A stretch of DNA of 64,000 nt from Gemmatimonadales bacterium (GTDB taxonomy: Bacteria; Gemmatimonadota; Gemmatimonadetes; Gemmatimonadales; GWC2-71-9): contig OZ252244.1 of assembly GCA_965249575.1 (NCBI GenBank), positions 2,144,001 to 2,208,000 on the forward strand, written 5' to 3'. Made by a program: the position numbers and the translations under genes. This document shows positions 1-10,265 of the stretch, in pieces. Within the stretch, counting starts at the first letter, position 1. The number at the start of each line of letters is the position of its first letter. The notes under the pieces were generated by a model. That model was given only the letters and a program-made list of their open reading frames with translations. It did not search any database and was not told the origin of the DNA.

Positions 1-633
1 GGCCGGGTGCTCCAGCGCGAGGGATACATCTTTGACGTGGCGTACACATCGGTACTCAAACGCGCGATCAGAACGCTGTGGATAGTGCTCGACGAGATGG
101 ACCTGATGTGGATCCCGGTGCACCGCAATTGGCGCCTCAATGAACGGCACTACGGGGCGCTCCAGGGATTGAACAAGGCCGAGACGGCGGCGAAACACGG
201 TGACACACAGGTGAAGATCTGGCGGCGAAGCTACGCAATGCGCCCGCCCGCCCTCGCAGCGGACGACGATCGCCATCCGCGCAACGATTCTCGTTACGTC
301 GCCCTGTCCGAAGACGAGTTACCCCTGTCGGAATGCTTGAAGGACACGGTCGCCCGATTCTTGCCGTATTGGGAGGACACGGTCGCTCCAGCCGTTCGAC
401 GCGGCGATCAGGTGCTCATCTCGGCGCACGGCAACAGCCTCAGGGCGTTGGTAAAACATCTGGATGGAGTTGGCGACGAAGAGATCGTGGGGCTGAACAT
501 CCCCACAGGTATCCCCCTGGTGTACGAACTGAAGGACGACTTGACCCCCCTGCGGCATTTCTATCTGGGTGATCCGGAGCAAGTGAAGGCCGCGCAGGAT
601 GCCGTCGCGCGTCAGGGTACGGCAGGCCGGTAG
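1..633 (+). CDS. gpmA: 2,3-bisphosphoglycerate-dependent phosphoglycerate mutase (5' end outside window)
   Basis: Motifs [48 protein letters not shown]; frame is open to base 1. Confidence 0.96.
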   Translation, partial: GRVLQREGYIFDVAYTSVLKRAIRTLWIVLDEMDLMWIPVHRNWRLNERHYGALQGLNKAETAAKHGDTQVKIWRRSYAMRPPALAADDDRHPRNDSRYVALSEDELPLSECLKDTVARFLPYWEDTVAPAVRRGDQVLISAHGNSLRALVKHLDGVGDEEIVGLNIPTGIPLVYELKDDLTPLRHFYLGDPEQVKAAQDAVARQGTAGR

Positions 634-646
634 GGGCTCGCGACCG

Positions 647-1444
647 ATGCGCGTCGTGTCACTGACGTGTTCGAACACGGAAATAGTCTCCGCACTGGGC
701 TTGGACGGGCTGCTGGTGGGCGTGGACGATCATTCGGACTTCCCGGCGGACCTCGTGTCCAGCCTGCCGAGGGTCGGGCCCGACCTGCAGATCGATATCG
801 CGAAAGTTGCGGCGCTCGAGCCGGATCTCGTCTTGGCATCCCTGACGGTGCCGGGGCATGAAGACGTGGTGGCCGGTCTGGAGAAGGCAGGACTTCCGTA
901 CCTCGCCCCGGAGCCCCAATCACTCACAGACGTGTACCGGGACATCAGGCTCATTGCCGGGGCACTGGGGGCTGCGGAGCGCGGAGAGGCGGTGGTGGCG
1001 AACATGATGGCCAACTTGCGGCCGACCGAAACGGCCGGCTCGGACCGCCGGCCCACGATTCTCATTCAGTGGTGGCCCAAACCGGTCATCGCGCCCGCGC
1101 GACTGAGCTGGGCGACGGATCTCATCCAGGCCGCAGCCGGAGCGAACCCAATCGGTCACGAGTCCGTTAAGAGCCGTCCGCTATCCGATGACGAGGTTCG
1201 CGACCTCAACCCGGACGCCATCGTCATATCCTGGTGCGGCGTGCGGCCGGAGAAGTACAGGCCGGACGTCGTCTACGGAAACGAATCGTGGCGGGAGGTC
1301 GAGGCGCTCCGGAAGCGCCGCGTCCTGTGCATACCAGAGGCCTACCTCGGAAGACCCTCGCCGCGATTGGTGCAGGGATTCGAGGCACTCGAACAAATCG
1401 TCGCGCGCGTACGCCAGGAGTTTCCACTGGCTCCGCGCTCCTGA
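647..1444 (+). CDS. BtuF-like cobalamin/Fe-siderophore helical-backbone binding protein, no visible signal peptide
   Basis: MRVVSLTCSNTEIVSALG, LVGVDDHSDFP, LEPDLVLAS, RPSPRLVQG; ATG at 647 chosen over the ORF-track start at 599. Confidence 0.8.
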   Translation: MRVVSLTCSNTEIVSALGLDGLLVGVDDHSDFPADLVSSLPRVGPDLQIDIAKVAALEPDLVLASLTVPGHEDVVAGLEKAGLPYLAPEPQSLTDVYRDIRLIAGALGAAERGEAVVANMMANLRPTETAGSDRRPTILIQWWPKPVIAPARLSWATDLIQAAAGANPIGHESVKSRPLSDDEVRDLNPDAIVISWCGVRPEKYRPDVVYGNESWREVEALRKRRVLCIPEAYLGRPSPRLVQGFEALEQIVARVRQEFPLAPRS

Positions 1445-1501
1445 ATCCGCCGGCCGAAATGCCGGACGGCCGACCTTGACGCCGCCCGCGGACGGACTCG
1501 G

Positions 1502-2233
1502 GTGAATCCGACTCTCACCGTGTTGCTTTACTCCGCCATCGCCGCCAGCGCTGCCGCCCTGGGGATCGTCCCGCTGTTCGGCCGAAGTGAAATGCCCAAG
1601 AGGTGGGTGGGCTGGGCCAACGCCTTGGCCGCAGGTCTCATGTTGGGCGCGGCCTATGCCCTCACCGTGGCTGGCGTCGACGGCGCACCAGTAATCGGTG
1701 CGGCTGGCGCCGTCCTCGGGATCGGGTTCGTCTATTGGACACACGCACTGTCGGGTACCGAGGACCTCGATCTGAGCCGCCTCCGGGATCGAAGCCCGGA
1801 ATACAGCTACAAGGTGTTGCTCGTCGACTCGCTGCACTCGGCGTCCGAGGGGGTGGCCATCGGCGTGGCGATGGTCGCCGGCCTGCCTTTCGGTGTCTTC
1901 ATGGCTTTGGCCATCGCCGTACACAACATTCCCGAGGCAACGGTGCTGAGCGCCGTGCTGAGCAGCCGTGGGGCGCGGCTCGCGCGGGCGGCTGGCCTGT
2001 CGGTCGCGGTCAACCTGAGCCAGGTGCTCCTCGCCGTCTTCACCTACGCCGTGCTCTCAGCGGCCCCCGCCATGACGCTTTGGGTTTTGGGTTTTGCGGT
2101 AGGCGCTCTCGTCTACCTCGTCATGGTGGAGTTGCTTCCCGAGTCCTACCGTCTCGCGGGCCCCACGAGTATCGCCTTGGTCGTAAGCCTTGCGATGGCG
2201 ATGGTCGTTCTCTTACAGGGTTTTCTGACGTGA
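1502..2233 (+). CDS. ZIP (ZupT/GufA) family divalent metal transporter, copy 1
   Basis: Multi-TM; AAGLMLGA, SLHSASEGVAIG, IAVHNIPEA, MVELLPES. Confidence 0.88.
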   Translation: MNPTLTVLLYSAIAASAAALGIVPLFGRSEMPKRWVGWANALAAGLMLGAAYALTVAGVDGAPVIGAAGAVLGIGFVYWTHALSGTEDLDLSRLRDRSPEYSYKVLLVDSLHSASEGVAIGVAMVAGLPFGVFMALAIAVHNIPEATVLSAVLSSRGARLARAAGLSVAVNLSQVLLAVFTYAVLSAAPAMTLWVLGFAVGALVYLVMVELLPESYRLAGPTSIALVVSLAMAMVVLLQGFLT

Positions 2234-2253
2234 TCGGTTCGAGGTAATCGCAG

Positions 2254-2982
2254 GTGCATCCGGTGCTCGTCGTGTTCGCCTACGGGTTGATTACAGCGGT
2301 GGCAACAGGGCTCGGTGCGATTCCCTTTGCCTTCGTGCCGACTGTGTCAGCCAGCACCGTCGCGCTGGCAAACGCGCTTGCCGCCGGCCTGATGCTCGGG
2401 GCAAGCTTCGGGCTCGTGGCCGAGGGCACACAGTTCGGTGGCTGGCAGACGATCATGGGAGCGAATCTCGGCGTCGTCTTTATCCTCCTCAGTCAGAAAT
2501 TCATCGACCGGTACGACGTCCAGTTCGGGAGGATACGCGGCGTCACCGCCCGCCGCATGGTTCTCATGGTCGGCGTGATGACGATCCACTCGTTTTCTGA
2601 GGGTGTTGCGGTAGGAGCGTCATTTGGCGGTGGCATGACACTCGCCCTGGTGATAACCGCAGCCATTGCGGTTCACAACATCCCCGAGGGCCTCGCGATC
2701 AGTGCCGTGCTCCGCCCTCGCGGCGTGAGCGTGCTCGGATGCGCTTGGTGGAGTGTCTTCTCGTCTCTGCCCCAGCCCCTCATGGCGGTGCCGGCGTTCC
2801 TCTTCGTCGAAGCGTTCCGGCCCGCCCTGCCCTACGGTATAGGGTTTGCCGCGGGGGCGATGGTGTTCATGGTCCTGGTCGAACTGCTACCAGAGGCCTA
2901 CGAACAGGCGCGAAAGCCGGTCGTCGGGCTGCTGGTGAGCCTCACGATCGTAGGTATGATGCTCTTTCAGCGATACCTGTGA
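2254..2982 (+). CDS. ZIP (ZupT/GufA) family divalent metal transporter, copy 2
   Basis: AAGLMLGAS, TIHSFSEGVAVG, IAVHNIPEGLA, SLPQP, AAGAMVFMV.ELLPEA. Confidence 0.9.
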   Translation: MHPVLVVFAYGLITAVATGLGAIPFAFVPTVSASTVALANALAAGLMLGASFGLVAEGTQFGGWQTIMGANLGVVFILLSQKFIDRYDVQFGRIRGVTARRMVLMVGVMTIHSFSEGVAVGASFGGGMTLALVITAAIAVHNIPEGLAISAVLRPRGVSVLGCAWWSVFSSLPQPLMAVPAFLFVEAFRPALPYGIGFAAGAMVFMVLVELLPEAYEQARKPVVGLLVSLTIVGMMLFQRYL

Positions 2983-3025
2983 GATCCGGTCCGGCCCTCG
3001 TGACGCGCTGAGCCAGACTTCCCGG

Positions 3026-3475
3026 CTACCCCTTTCGCGTGACCTCCCAATTGCCAGTCTGACCCTCGCTGTTGCCTGAGTGACACGTGACGAAAGTCCC
3101 CGCGATCTGGTTGCCTTCGAGCTTCCCCTCGAACGTCGTGGATAGGATGCAGCCACATGCGGGGTCGCGGTACGGCTGAAGCCTCCCACTGATCTGGCCG
3201 CGGGCGGCCTGCACGAAATCGATGCGCAGAACCTGCGGTACCCGATCCCCACCCCGCATGGAGCTCTCTGGGACGGGCTCGACAGCCTATTTCGTAGCCA
3301 ACGGGGACCATGAAGACGTCTCCGCGGGCCGTGTCAGAACCGCGACGAGCGAAAAGACGGTACTCCCACTGCGGCCGGACGCCCGACTGTTATAGATACC
3401 CGTCCACTCGCCTTCTAGACGATTGATGGTGGGTTCGTCTCCGACGACTGGTACCGGCGCGGGGTTCCCGGCGCA
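3026..3475 (-). pseudogene. Remnant of a secreted/lipoprotein gene: signal peptide lost, about 2 frameshifts
   Basis: Protein-like text runs across three frames: CAGNPAPVPVVGD..LEGEWTGIY..SGRSGSTVFSL / SDTARGDVFMVP / VPQVLRIDFV..ISGRLQPYRDPACGC..TTFEG..GNWEVTRKG. Confidence 0.6.
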
Positions 3476-3817
3476 GCCGACGCCGCGAACCGTCTGCAGC
3501 AACCCGTCGCATCCGGCCTGCCGCAGTTTTCTCCGGAGGTTCCCTACGTGTACGTCAACCACGTTGCTTTCGGGATCGAAATGCATGTCCCACACCTTCT
3601 CGAGCAGCTCCGTGCGCCGGATCACTTCGCTCGGGTGCAGCATGAAATGCTCCAATAGCTGAAACTCCCGCGGCGTGAGATCCAGGTTTTCCCCTTGCGC
3701 CAGCGCCGTATGCTTGAGGCGATCCATGGCCAAGGGCCCGAAGGCGAGGCGTTCCAGCCGGGCAGAGCCGCCGCGCCGAACCAATGCCCGCAAACGCGTG
3801 AGCAGCTCATCGAACTG
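3476..3817 (-). pseudogene. OmpR/PhoB-family response regulator C-terminal fragment (winged helix only; receiver missing)
   Basis: FDELLTRLRALVRR..LDLTPREFQLLE..LLEKVWD..ESNVVDVHVGNLRRKL..LLQTVRGVG. Confidence 0.85.
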
Positions 3818-4485
3818 TCTCCCATCTTCCGCAGCAGGAGGTCGGACCAACCGTACACGGCGGTAAGGGCGTTCCGGAGCTCGTGATTGATCATGGCGTA
3901 GAACCGGTCGCGGGACACCTGCGCATCCCTTAGCTCTGTCAGGAGCTTTGCGCTCGTCTCGTGCAGTTGCGCGTTCTCACACGCTACCGCCGCCTGCGAT
4001 GCGAGCATCGTCGCGACCGCTTCGTCCTCCGCGGAGAATTCGGGAGCGCCTTCCTTTTCGGTTAGGTAGAGATTGCCCATCGGTCCGCTCCGTCCCGCAA
4101 TGGGCACCCCGAGAAACGAGCTCATGGCGGGATGGTGCTCTGGAAAGCCGTGTGCAGCTGAGGGCTGTGTCAGATCTGCCAGGCGCAGCGGTTTGCGCTT
4201 GGTGATCAAGAGACCGAGGATGCCCTTCCCCTCCGGCAGAGGGCCGATTCGCTTCTTGAGCTCGTCACTGACGCCGCTCGTGACGAATTTCGCGAGTCTT
4301 GTACCGGTCTCGTCCAAGACACCCAGCGCGGCGTACCTCGCTCCAATGACCTCGCGCGCGGAATCCACCACTAGCTGGAGGACACTCTCGAGCGTGTGCT
4401 CCCGATGCAGGTCGGCGATGGCGCGATAGAGCCTTCCGAAATCTTGCCCGACGGCCCCGTCACCACTACGTGGCTCCGTGCGCAT
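3818..4485 (-). pseudogene. DosS/DevS-like GAF histidine kinase truncated after the HisKA H-box (no HATPase domain)
   Basis: GARYAALGVL..LPEGKGILGLLI..PLRLADL..GFPEHHPAMSSFLGVPI..GNLYLTEK; H-box INHELRNALT; protein-like sequence stops after LLRKMGD. Confidence 0.8.
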
Positions 4486-4551
4486 GAAGCCGAAGGTAGT
4501 GAGATCGGCTTGGTTGAGTAAGTGGCTTTGAATCCCGCGCGTCGACGCGCG

Positions 4552-5636
4552 ATGGGGGAACCTCGGTCGAGACTCTGTTCGGGGCGCGCCAACGTGAGGG
4601 GGTAGTTTCGAAAGGCTGGATACAATCACCGGCCTACGACCTTGCCCTCTTCACGCTCGCTCCCCTGAGCGGCCTCATCATCGTATGGTCAAGCCTCTAC
4701 CTTCCCAACGGTTACCGTGTCGGGCTCGCGGCTACCCTCCTTATCGGCATACCTCACTATCTCTCGTCGTTTAGTTTCTTCCTGGGCGACGACAACCTCC
4801 GGTACTATCGGTCGCGCTGGGCTGCGTTCTTCGCTGGGCCCGTGTTGATTCTCGTCGCCGTGGCTGCGCTTCGTTTGCTGGAGTTCCACCGACCCGTGCT
4901 GATCACCATGTTCGTGTGGAACATATACCATGTCTCGCTGCAGAGCGCAGGGATTCTCTCAATCTACCGCAGACTGAACGGAGGGCCGCACTCCGAGCGG
5001 AGAGTGGCACACTTGGCGATTCTGGCCATCAACGCAGCGATGGCTTTCTGGTTCATCGATCGTTTTGCGCCGTTGCACGAGCTGCTGATCCGAGTCCACG
5101 ACCTCGCTCCGTTAGCTGTCCGCGCGGTCACCCTGCCGGTGGCAGCCGGTGCCTTCGGGGTGTTGCTTTACCGGATTGGCCGCCGACCCCGATCGCTGTC
5201 GCTTGCGGAGGCGACGTTTCTCATATCGAGCGTGCTGTTGTTTCACCCGTACCTCTGGGTCGAGAGCGCCGACCTCGCGACACTGGCCATGTTGATGGGC
5301 CATTTCATCCAGTATCTGGCTATCGTTTGGTTGCTGAATCGTCGGAAATACGCCGGATCCACGGGGTCTTGGCACGAACGCTTCCTGGGGGAGGTGAGTG
5401 CCCGTCCGGGATTGATTCTCACGTTGTTCGGTGTCATAGGTTTGTCTTTCTATGCGGCTGATAAGATGACCACGGCGCTCGGCGCCCAGATGCTCTACGT
5501 CATCGTCTGGAACTCGATGGCCCTCACCCATTTCTACGTCGATGGGTTGGTCTGGGCGTTCAAACAACCCTACGTCCGTCAGTCGGTCGGACCCTACTTA
5601 ACCCCAGCCGAGCGCATCGTGACCCAACCGAATTAG
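4552..5636 (+). CDS. Uncharacterised polytopic membrane protein; probable frameshift right after the ATG
   Basis: The frame of ORF 4842-5636 is open back to 4518 (GWIQSPAYDLALF..IGIPHYLSSF) with no canonical start. ATG 4552 is one base out of frame, at a G5 run. Motifs WNIYHVSLQSAG, HFIQYLAIVW, HFYVDGLVW. Confidence 0.6.
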
Positions 5637-5829
5637 CCTGTCGGGGAATGGTGGTTGGTGTAAGCGAACGCGCGCATCGAGGCTTCAGCAAGTCTTTGCT
5701 AGTCGAGAAGCGTTGCTGGAGTGACTGAGCAGAATTGTTGCGTTGGCGCCGGCTATAAGTACTCGGGGGCGATCTAGAGCTCTGAACGTTCGCTAAGGCT
5801 CCGGGTCGAAACGGCCAGATAGCGCCCGA

Positions 5830-6462
5830 TCAGTCCTCCACCAACCGCGCCACCTCTTGCAAGCCACCCGGCTCTTCGAACAAGTGCGACGCGTCCGGAA
5901 CGACGACGAGCTCCTTGATCCCGCCAATCAACTCCAGCGCCGCTTGATTCAACTGGAGCACAGCCGAGTCGGCTCCTCCAACGATGAGTAGGGTGGGGGA
6001 GGTCACCTTTGCCAGATACCCTCCGCCAGGTCCGGCCTCCCTCCCCGTGATACGACGGCAGCCACGGGCTGCCGAGTGGCCGCGATCAAGGCTGCTGCTC
6101 CTCCAGTGCTGGCCCCAAAATACGCGAGGGGGCAGTTCGAGATGCCCGGCTGGTCTCAATCCACCGAGTCGCAAAGACCAGCCTTGGCGAGAAGGGGAAT
6201 ATCGAAGACGTTCCCGCGGTCGGCGGATTCGCGCTCCTGAGGAGGTCGAAGAACAGCGTTCCAAAGCCAGCTCGGTGAAGGCTCTCCTCCACCTGCCTGT
6301 TTCGCGTACCGTGGCGGCTACTTCCGCTCCCAAGGGCTAAGAGCCTCCACCGTGCCCGCATTTGGACCTTACAGGTCGCCCTGCAACGACCCGTCCCCTG
6401 CGGGGACGATCACCGGTTTGAAATGGACGGCGGCGCGCGACCCGCCCGTTGGGTGCGGCCAT
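5830..6462 (-). pseudogene. Dienelactone-hydrolase-like alpha/beta hydrolase, multiply frameshifted, internal TAA
   Basis: Fragments in several frames: VIVPAGDGSLQGDL*, GSGSSRHGTRNRQV..GFGTLFFDLL, VTSPTLLIVGGAD..VVPDASHLFEEPGGLQEVARL. Confidence 0.8.
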
Positions 6463-7115
6463 CAATTGACCCGTGCCGCCTGAGCCGCGGCGGCGCGCTC
6501 CAACAAGTCGATGACATCGTCGTCGGATGTCTGGTGAAAATCCCCATACCATTGACTGACAGCCCGAAAATCCGCCGGCGTATGGAGACACACGACGTCG
6601 TCCGCCAGCCCCCTCACGGACGCCACCGAATCCGAAGCTCCGACCGGCACGGCGAGCACGACGCGGGCAGGCGCGCCCGTCCTGGCCGACTCGATCGCCG
6701 CTGCCGCCGTAGCCCCCGTGGCGAGTCCGTCATCCACGACGATGGCGGTCCGGCGCCCTAGCGACGGAGGGGGTCGGCCGCGCCGATAGAGTGCCGCTCG
6801 TCGGTGCAGCTCCTGTGTTTCGCTTGCGACGATGCGTTCCACCTCGCCAGCCGAGACACCCAGATAATCGATGGCGGCCTCGTTGAGGACGCTAGCGCCC
6901 GGAGCAATGGCTCCGATCGCGAATTCGGGCTGGTCGGGGGCCCCGATCTTGCGCGCGATGATGACGTCGAGAGGATACCGCAAAGCGATGGCCACCTCGA
7001 ATCCGACTGGGACTCCCCCCCGCGGCAGCGCAAGAACGATCGGATTCTCATGGCGGTACGCCTCTAGGGCTGTGCTGAGGCGCTGACCGGCCTCGACACG
7101 ATCTCTGAACAGCAT
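6462..7115 (-). CDS. Phosphoribosyltransferase (Rv0571c/Rv2030c N-terminal type)
   Basis: MLFRDRVEAG, VLALPRGGVPV, RKIGAP, PRPP-binding loop IVVDDGLATGAT, AVSQWYGDF.QTSDDDV. Confidence 0.9.
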   Translation of the reverse strand: MLFRDRVEAGQRLSTALEAYRHENPIVLALPRGGVPVGFEVAIALRYPLDVIIARKIGAPDQPEFAIGAIAPGASVLNEAAIDYLGVSAGEVERIVASETQELHRRAALYRRGRPPPSLGRRTAIVVDDGLATGATAAAAIESARTGAPARVVLAVPVGASDSVASVRGLADDVVCLHTPADFRAVSQWYGDFHQTSDDDVIDLLERAAAAQAARVN

Positions 7116-7420
7116 CGCTCCCTCCAAGGAAGCCGACAGAACGACCCACCCGAGCGCACACGAAGCCTGAGATACCGCTCTCGTGATCCGCCCCGACCGA
7201 AACGGTCCACAGCGACAGGATCAAGACTGGCTCTCAAACATGTAGGAGCGGACAAGGAACCCTCAAGGTGCTCCCGAAACGTGGTCGCGCAATTCGACGA
7301 TTTGGCGCGGTACGCGCGCAACAGGGCGGATCCAGCAGTCGAGCAACGCGCCGCCCTGTGTCGTGGTTCGACGGCGTTCACGCCCGATTCACAGCGTGAG
7401 CGATCGCGGGCTGAGGCTGC

Positions 7421-7969
7421 CTACTTCCGGCCCTTCCCGACGACCGCGACAGTACTCGCTTGAGGGCCATTGTCACCCTGCTCCTCGACGAAGCGCACCT
7501 CGACGCCGATCTCGAGTCGGTCGAAACCGCCATTGAGCACGCTGTTGCGGTGAAAGTAGATCTCGCGCGCGTTGGCCGTCTCGAGGAATCCGTACCCCTC
7601 GAAGGGGAAGAGCTTTGTGACGCGGGCATGAGGCTGCGGCTCCCGGCTCTTGACCTCTCCACGCTGGCGGCGGGCGTAATCCTGCAACCGCCGCTGGGCA
7701 GCGTCGAACGCTTCCTGAATGGCTGTCATGAGATCCGCGTGCGGCTGCCGGGTGACGACCACCTCGCCGCCCGGTAGCGTTAGATCGATACGTAGGTTGT
7801 AGAGGGCATCTTCGCCCGTTCTGAACCGGCGTAATGTCTCAACGGAAATACGACACGAAATGATGTGATTGTAGTATGAGTCGAGGTGTGTTGCCTGCTC
7901 TCGAATGGCGGTTTCAGTCTCCGGCGAGAGTTCGATGTCGCGTGCGGTGATCTGCGGCGGAATCTCCAT
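7421..7969 (-). CDS. HPF/RaiA ribosome-hibernation domain fused to a C-terminal cold-shock domain
   Basis: N-terminal MEIPPQITARD..CRISVE..IDLTLPG..AIQEAFDAAQRRL; C-terminal YGFLET..EIYFHRNSV..G.EVRFVEEQGDNGPQASTV. Confidence 0.88.
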   Translation of the reverse strand: MEIPPQITARDIELSPETETAIREQATHLDSYYNHIISCRISVETLRRFRTGEDALYNLRIDLTLPGGEVVVTRQPHADLMTAIQEAFDAAQRRLQDYARRQRGEVKSREPQPHARVTKLFPFEGYGFLETANAREIYFHRNSVLNGGFDRLEIGVEVRFVEEQGDNGPQASTVAVVGKGRK

Positions 7970-8020
7970 CAGTTGTCACTCCTCGTCATCTCCAAAGCTG
8001 TCAGCCACTGCCGATCGCGG

Positions 8021-9460
8021 CTATGCCTTAATTACACCAAGGGGACGCAGGCGTGCGACCTTGCGGGCCAGCCCCGCCTCGTGAGCCACATCGACTACCC
8101 TTTCGACGTCCTTGTAGGCAAACGGACCCTCCTCTGCGAGGCCGGTGTTGGATGGACAGCGGACGATAATGCCCTGGTCCTCTAGCTCGCGCCGGACCTG
8201 ATGGCCGGGCTTGGTGCGTTTCGCCGCGCCGCGGCTCATCGCCCGTCCGGCGCCGTGACACGTCGATCCGAAACTGAGGGTCTGGGAACCGTCTGCTCCG
8301 GCGAGAACGTAGGATGCCGTCCCCATGCTGCCCGGAATAAAGACCGGCTGGCCAGCCCCGCGATACTGCTGAGGAGTTTCCGCATGACTCGGGCCAAACG
8401 CCCTGGTGGCCCCCTTTCGGTGTACGCAGAGCTTCGCCCCACCATACTCCTCGAGCTTCGCGATGTTGTGGGCCACGTCGTACAGTACCCGCAGGTGGCC
8501 GGAATCACCCAGTGCTCGGGTGAACACCCGGCGGGCGATGTTGGTGATGGTCTGCCGGTTGGACCAGGCGTAATTGGCCGCGGCGCACATGGCTCCGTAA
8601 TAGGCGTGTCCCTCGGGCGAGGCAAGAGGAGCACAGGCGAGCTCGCGGTCGGGCAGGTGTATGTCGTATCGGTGCATCACGGTGTCCATCAGCCGGACGT
8701 AATCGGTGCACACCTGGTGACCCAGTCCTCGAGATCCTGTGTGAATGAGAATCGTCAATTGGCCGGTTCGCAGCCCATACGCGGCCGCCGCATCCGGATC
8801 GAACACCTCGTCGACAACCTGTACCTCTACGAAGTGGTTTCCCGACCCCATGGTGCCTAGCTGACGACGGCCACGTTGCTTGGCTCTTCTCGAAACGTGG
8901 GCGGGATCCGCCTGGGGGAGCGAGCCAGAGGTTTCGGTCGCCGCCAGGTCTTCCGGCAGTGCCATCTCGCACTCGGCCAGATACTGGGATCCCCGGCTCA
9001 AAACTCCATCCAGCTCGGCGTCGCTCAGGTCGTGACCCCGGCCCTTCCCTGCGCCGGCCGGAACGCTACGGCTCAAGTCGTGCACGAGCCGCTCGAGTCG
9101 CGGCTGGAGCTCCGCGGCTTCCAGCTCGCTCGTGAGCAAGCGAACTCCACAATTGATGTCGTACCCCACTCCACCCGGGGATATGACGCCATCTTCTACC
9201 CGCGTCGCCGCCACGCCCCCGACGGGGAAACCGTACCCCTGATGTGCATCCGGCATGGCATAAGCGAACCCAGTGATTCCGGGCAGGGTGGTCACGTTGA
9301 CGAGTTGCTCGAGCGAGCGATCACTCCGGATCTGCTCCCACAGGTTGTCGTCCGCATAAATCCGGGCTGGTACCCGCATGTCCGGCCGCGCACTTGGAGG
9401 AATCTCCCAAACCACGGGGCCGCGGCGCGTGCATGGATAGTTCGATCCGAGATTAGACAT
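8021..9460 (-). CDS. rtcB: RNA 3'-phosphate/5'-OH ligase RtcB (archaeal/eukaryote-like long form)
   Basis: MPDAHQGYGFPVGG, GVGYDINCG, GTMGSGNHFVE, HTGSRG, YDVAHN, VHRKGAT, PGSMG, HGAGR, YKD; start is 9460 or 9472. Confidence 0.95.
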   Translation of the reverse strand: MSNLGSNYPCTRRGPVVWEIPPSARPDMRVPARIYADDNLWEQIRSDRSLEQLVNVTTLPGITGFAYAMPDAHQGYGFPVGGVAATRVEDGVISPGGVGYDINCGVRLLTSELEAAELQPRLERLVHDLSRSVPAGAGKGRGHDLSDAELDGVLSRGSQYLAECEMALPEDLAATETSGSLPQADPAHVSRRAKQRGRRQLGTMGSGNHFVEVQVVDEVFDPDAAAAYGLRTGQLTILIHTGSRGLGHQVCTDYVRLMDTVMHRYDIHLPDRELACAPLASPEGHAYYGAMCAAANYAWSNRQTITNIARRVFTRALGDSGHLRVLYDVAHNIAKLEEYGGAKLCVHRKGATRAFGPSHAETPQQYRGAGQPVFIPGSMGTASYVLAGADGSQTLSFGSTCHGAGRAMSRGAAKRTKPGHQVRRELEDQGIIVRCPSNTGLAEEGPFAYKDVERVVDVAHEAGLARKVARLRPLGVIKA

Positions 9461-9860
9461 CGAAGACGACATCGGCCTCCAGTCCCTCCGATACCGGCTG
9501 GATCCGCACCCCATGAAGCGTAGCCGCTTTGACGAGAGCCGGACGCTCGTTCACCATACCGCCGCGCGCCCGCACCGATAGATGACGGTCGCTCACTTCA
9601 CGGATCGTGAACTCCAGCGGGATCCAACCGTCCGTCTCCGCGCGGTAGATCAGGTCGTTGAGCCAGTCGACGAGAAGTGCTTCCCGGTCGGTCGAGTGCA
9701 CTTCGATCTCCATCCAGGGCACGTTGCCGGAAGCACGCCGTTGTCCGAGTTGTAGCGTCCCGAGCGCTCGCCCAGCCTCGACCATGACCTCGCCAAGTGA
9801 CTCAGCTCGCACCCGAAGGTGTAGCTCACCCGGATGATCCACAAACCGATGCGACGCCAA
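9453..9860 (-). CDS. Archease (RtcB cofactor)
   Basis: FVDHPGEL, LLVDWLNDLIY, VKAATLH, C-terminal VVFDV; overlaps the rtcB start. Confidence 0.9.
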   Translation of the reverse strand: MASHRFVDHPGELHLRVRAESLGEVMVEAGRALGTLQLGQRRASGNVPWMEIEVHSTDREALLVDWLNDLIYRAETDGWIPLEFTIREVSDRHLSVRARGGMVNERPALVKAATLHGVRIQPVSEGLEADVVFDV

Positions 9861-10265
9861 CGATGTCCCCTCGGCCCTCGGCGGTTGGTGTGGTGGCTCG
9901 GCAGCCGGAGTTCCCCGTCCCCGTTGCAATCCCGTACCACTACAATGCGACGATCCGGTCACTCCCGACAGGGAGCGCGGGTCGCGCCGGGTAATTAAAG
10001 CCTGCCGCCTTCGCTGCCTGGCGAGTGCACTGCTTACCTGAACGTCCTGAGCCCGCGTGCCAACCTCGAGAAGTTCGCGCGCGGCCTGGGCAACCTTGGG
10101 GTCGACTCGTCGGAGACACCGATCCCAAGCTGTATCGTTGAAGAGTGACTCACGCCGCTGCCGGAGTATGGGGCGTGCAAAAGACTCTTGGGCGAGTTAC
10201 GTTGATGACGCGCCAAACCTTCATCCACAGTGGGTGATAGGCGCTACCAAACGTCAGGAGGAGAT

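Noticed and set aside
9965..10230. Possible gene remnant on the minus strand (..LFNDTAWDRCLRRVDPKVAQAARELLE..)
   Set aside because: Protein-like, but I cannot assign a family or a start.
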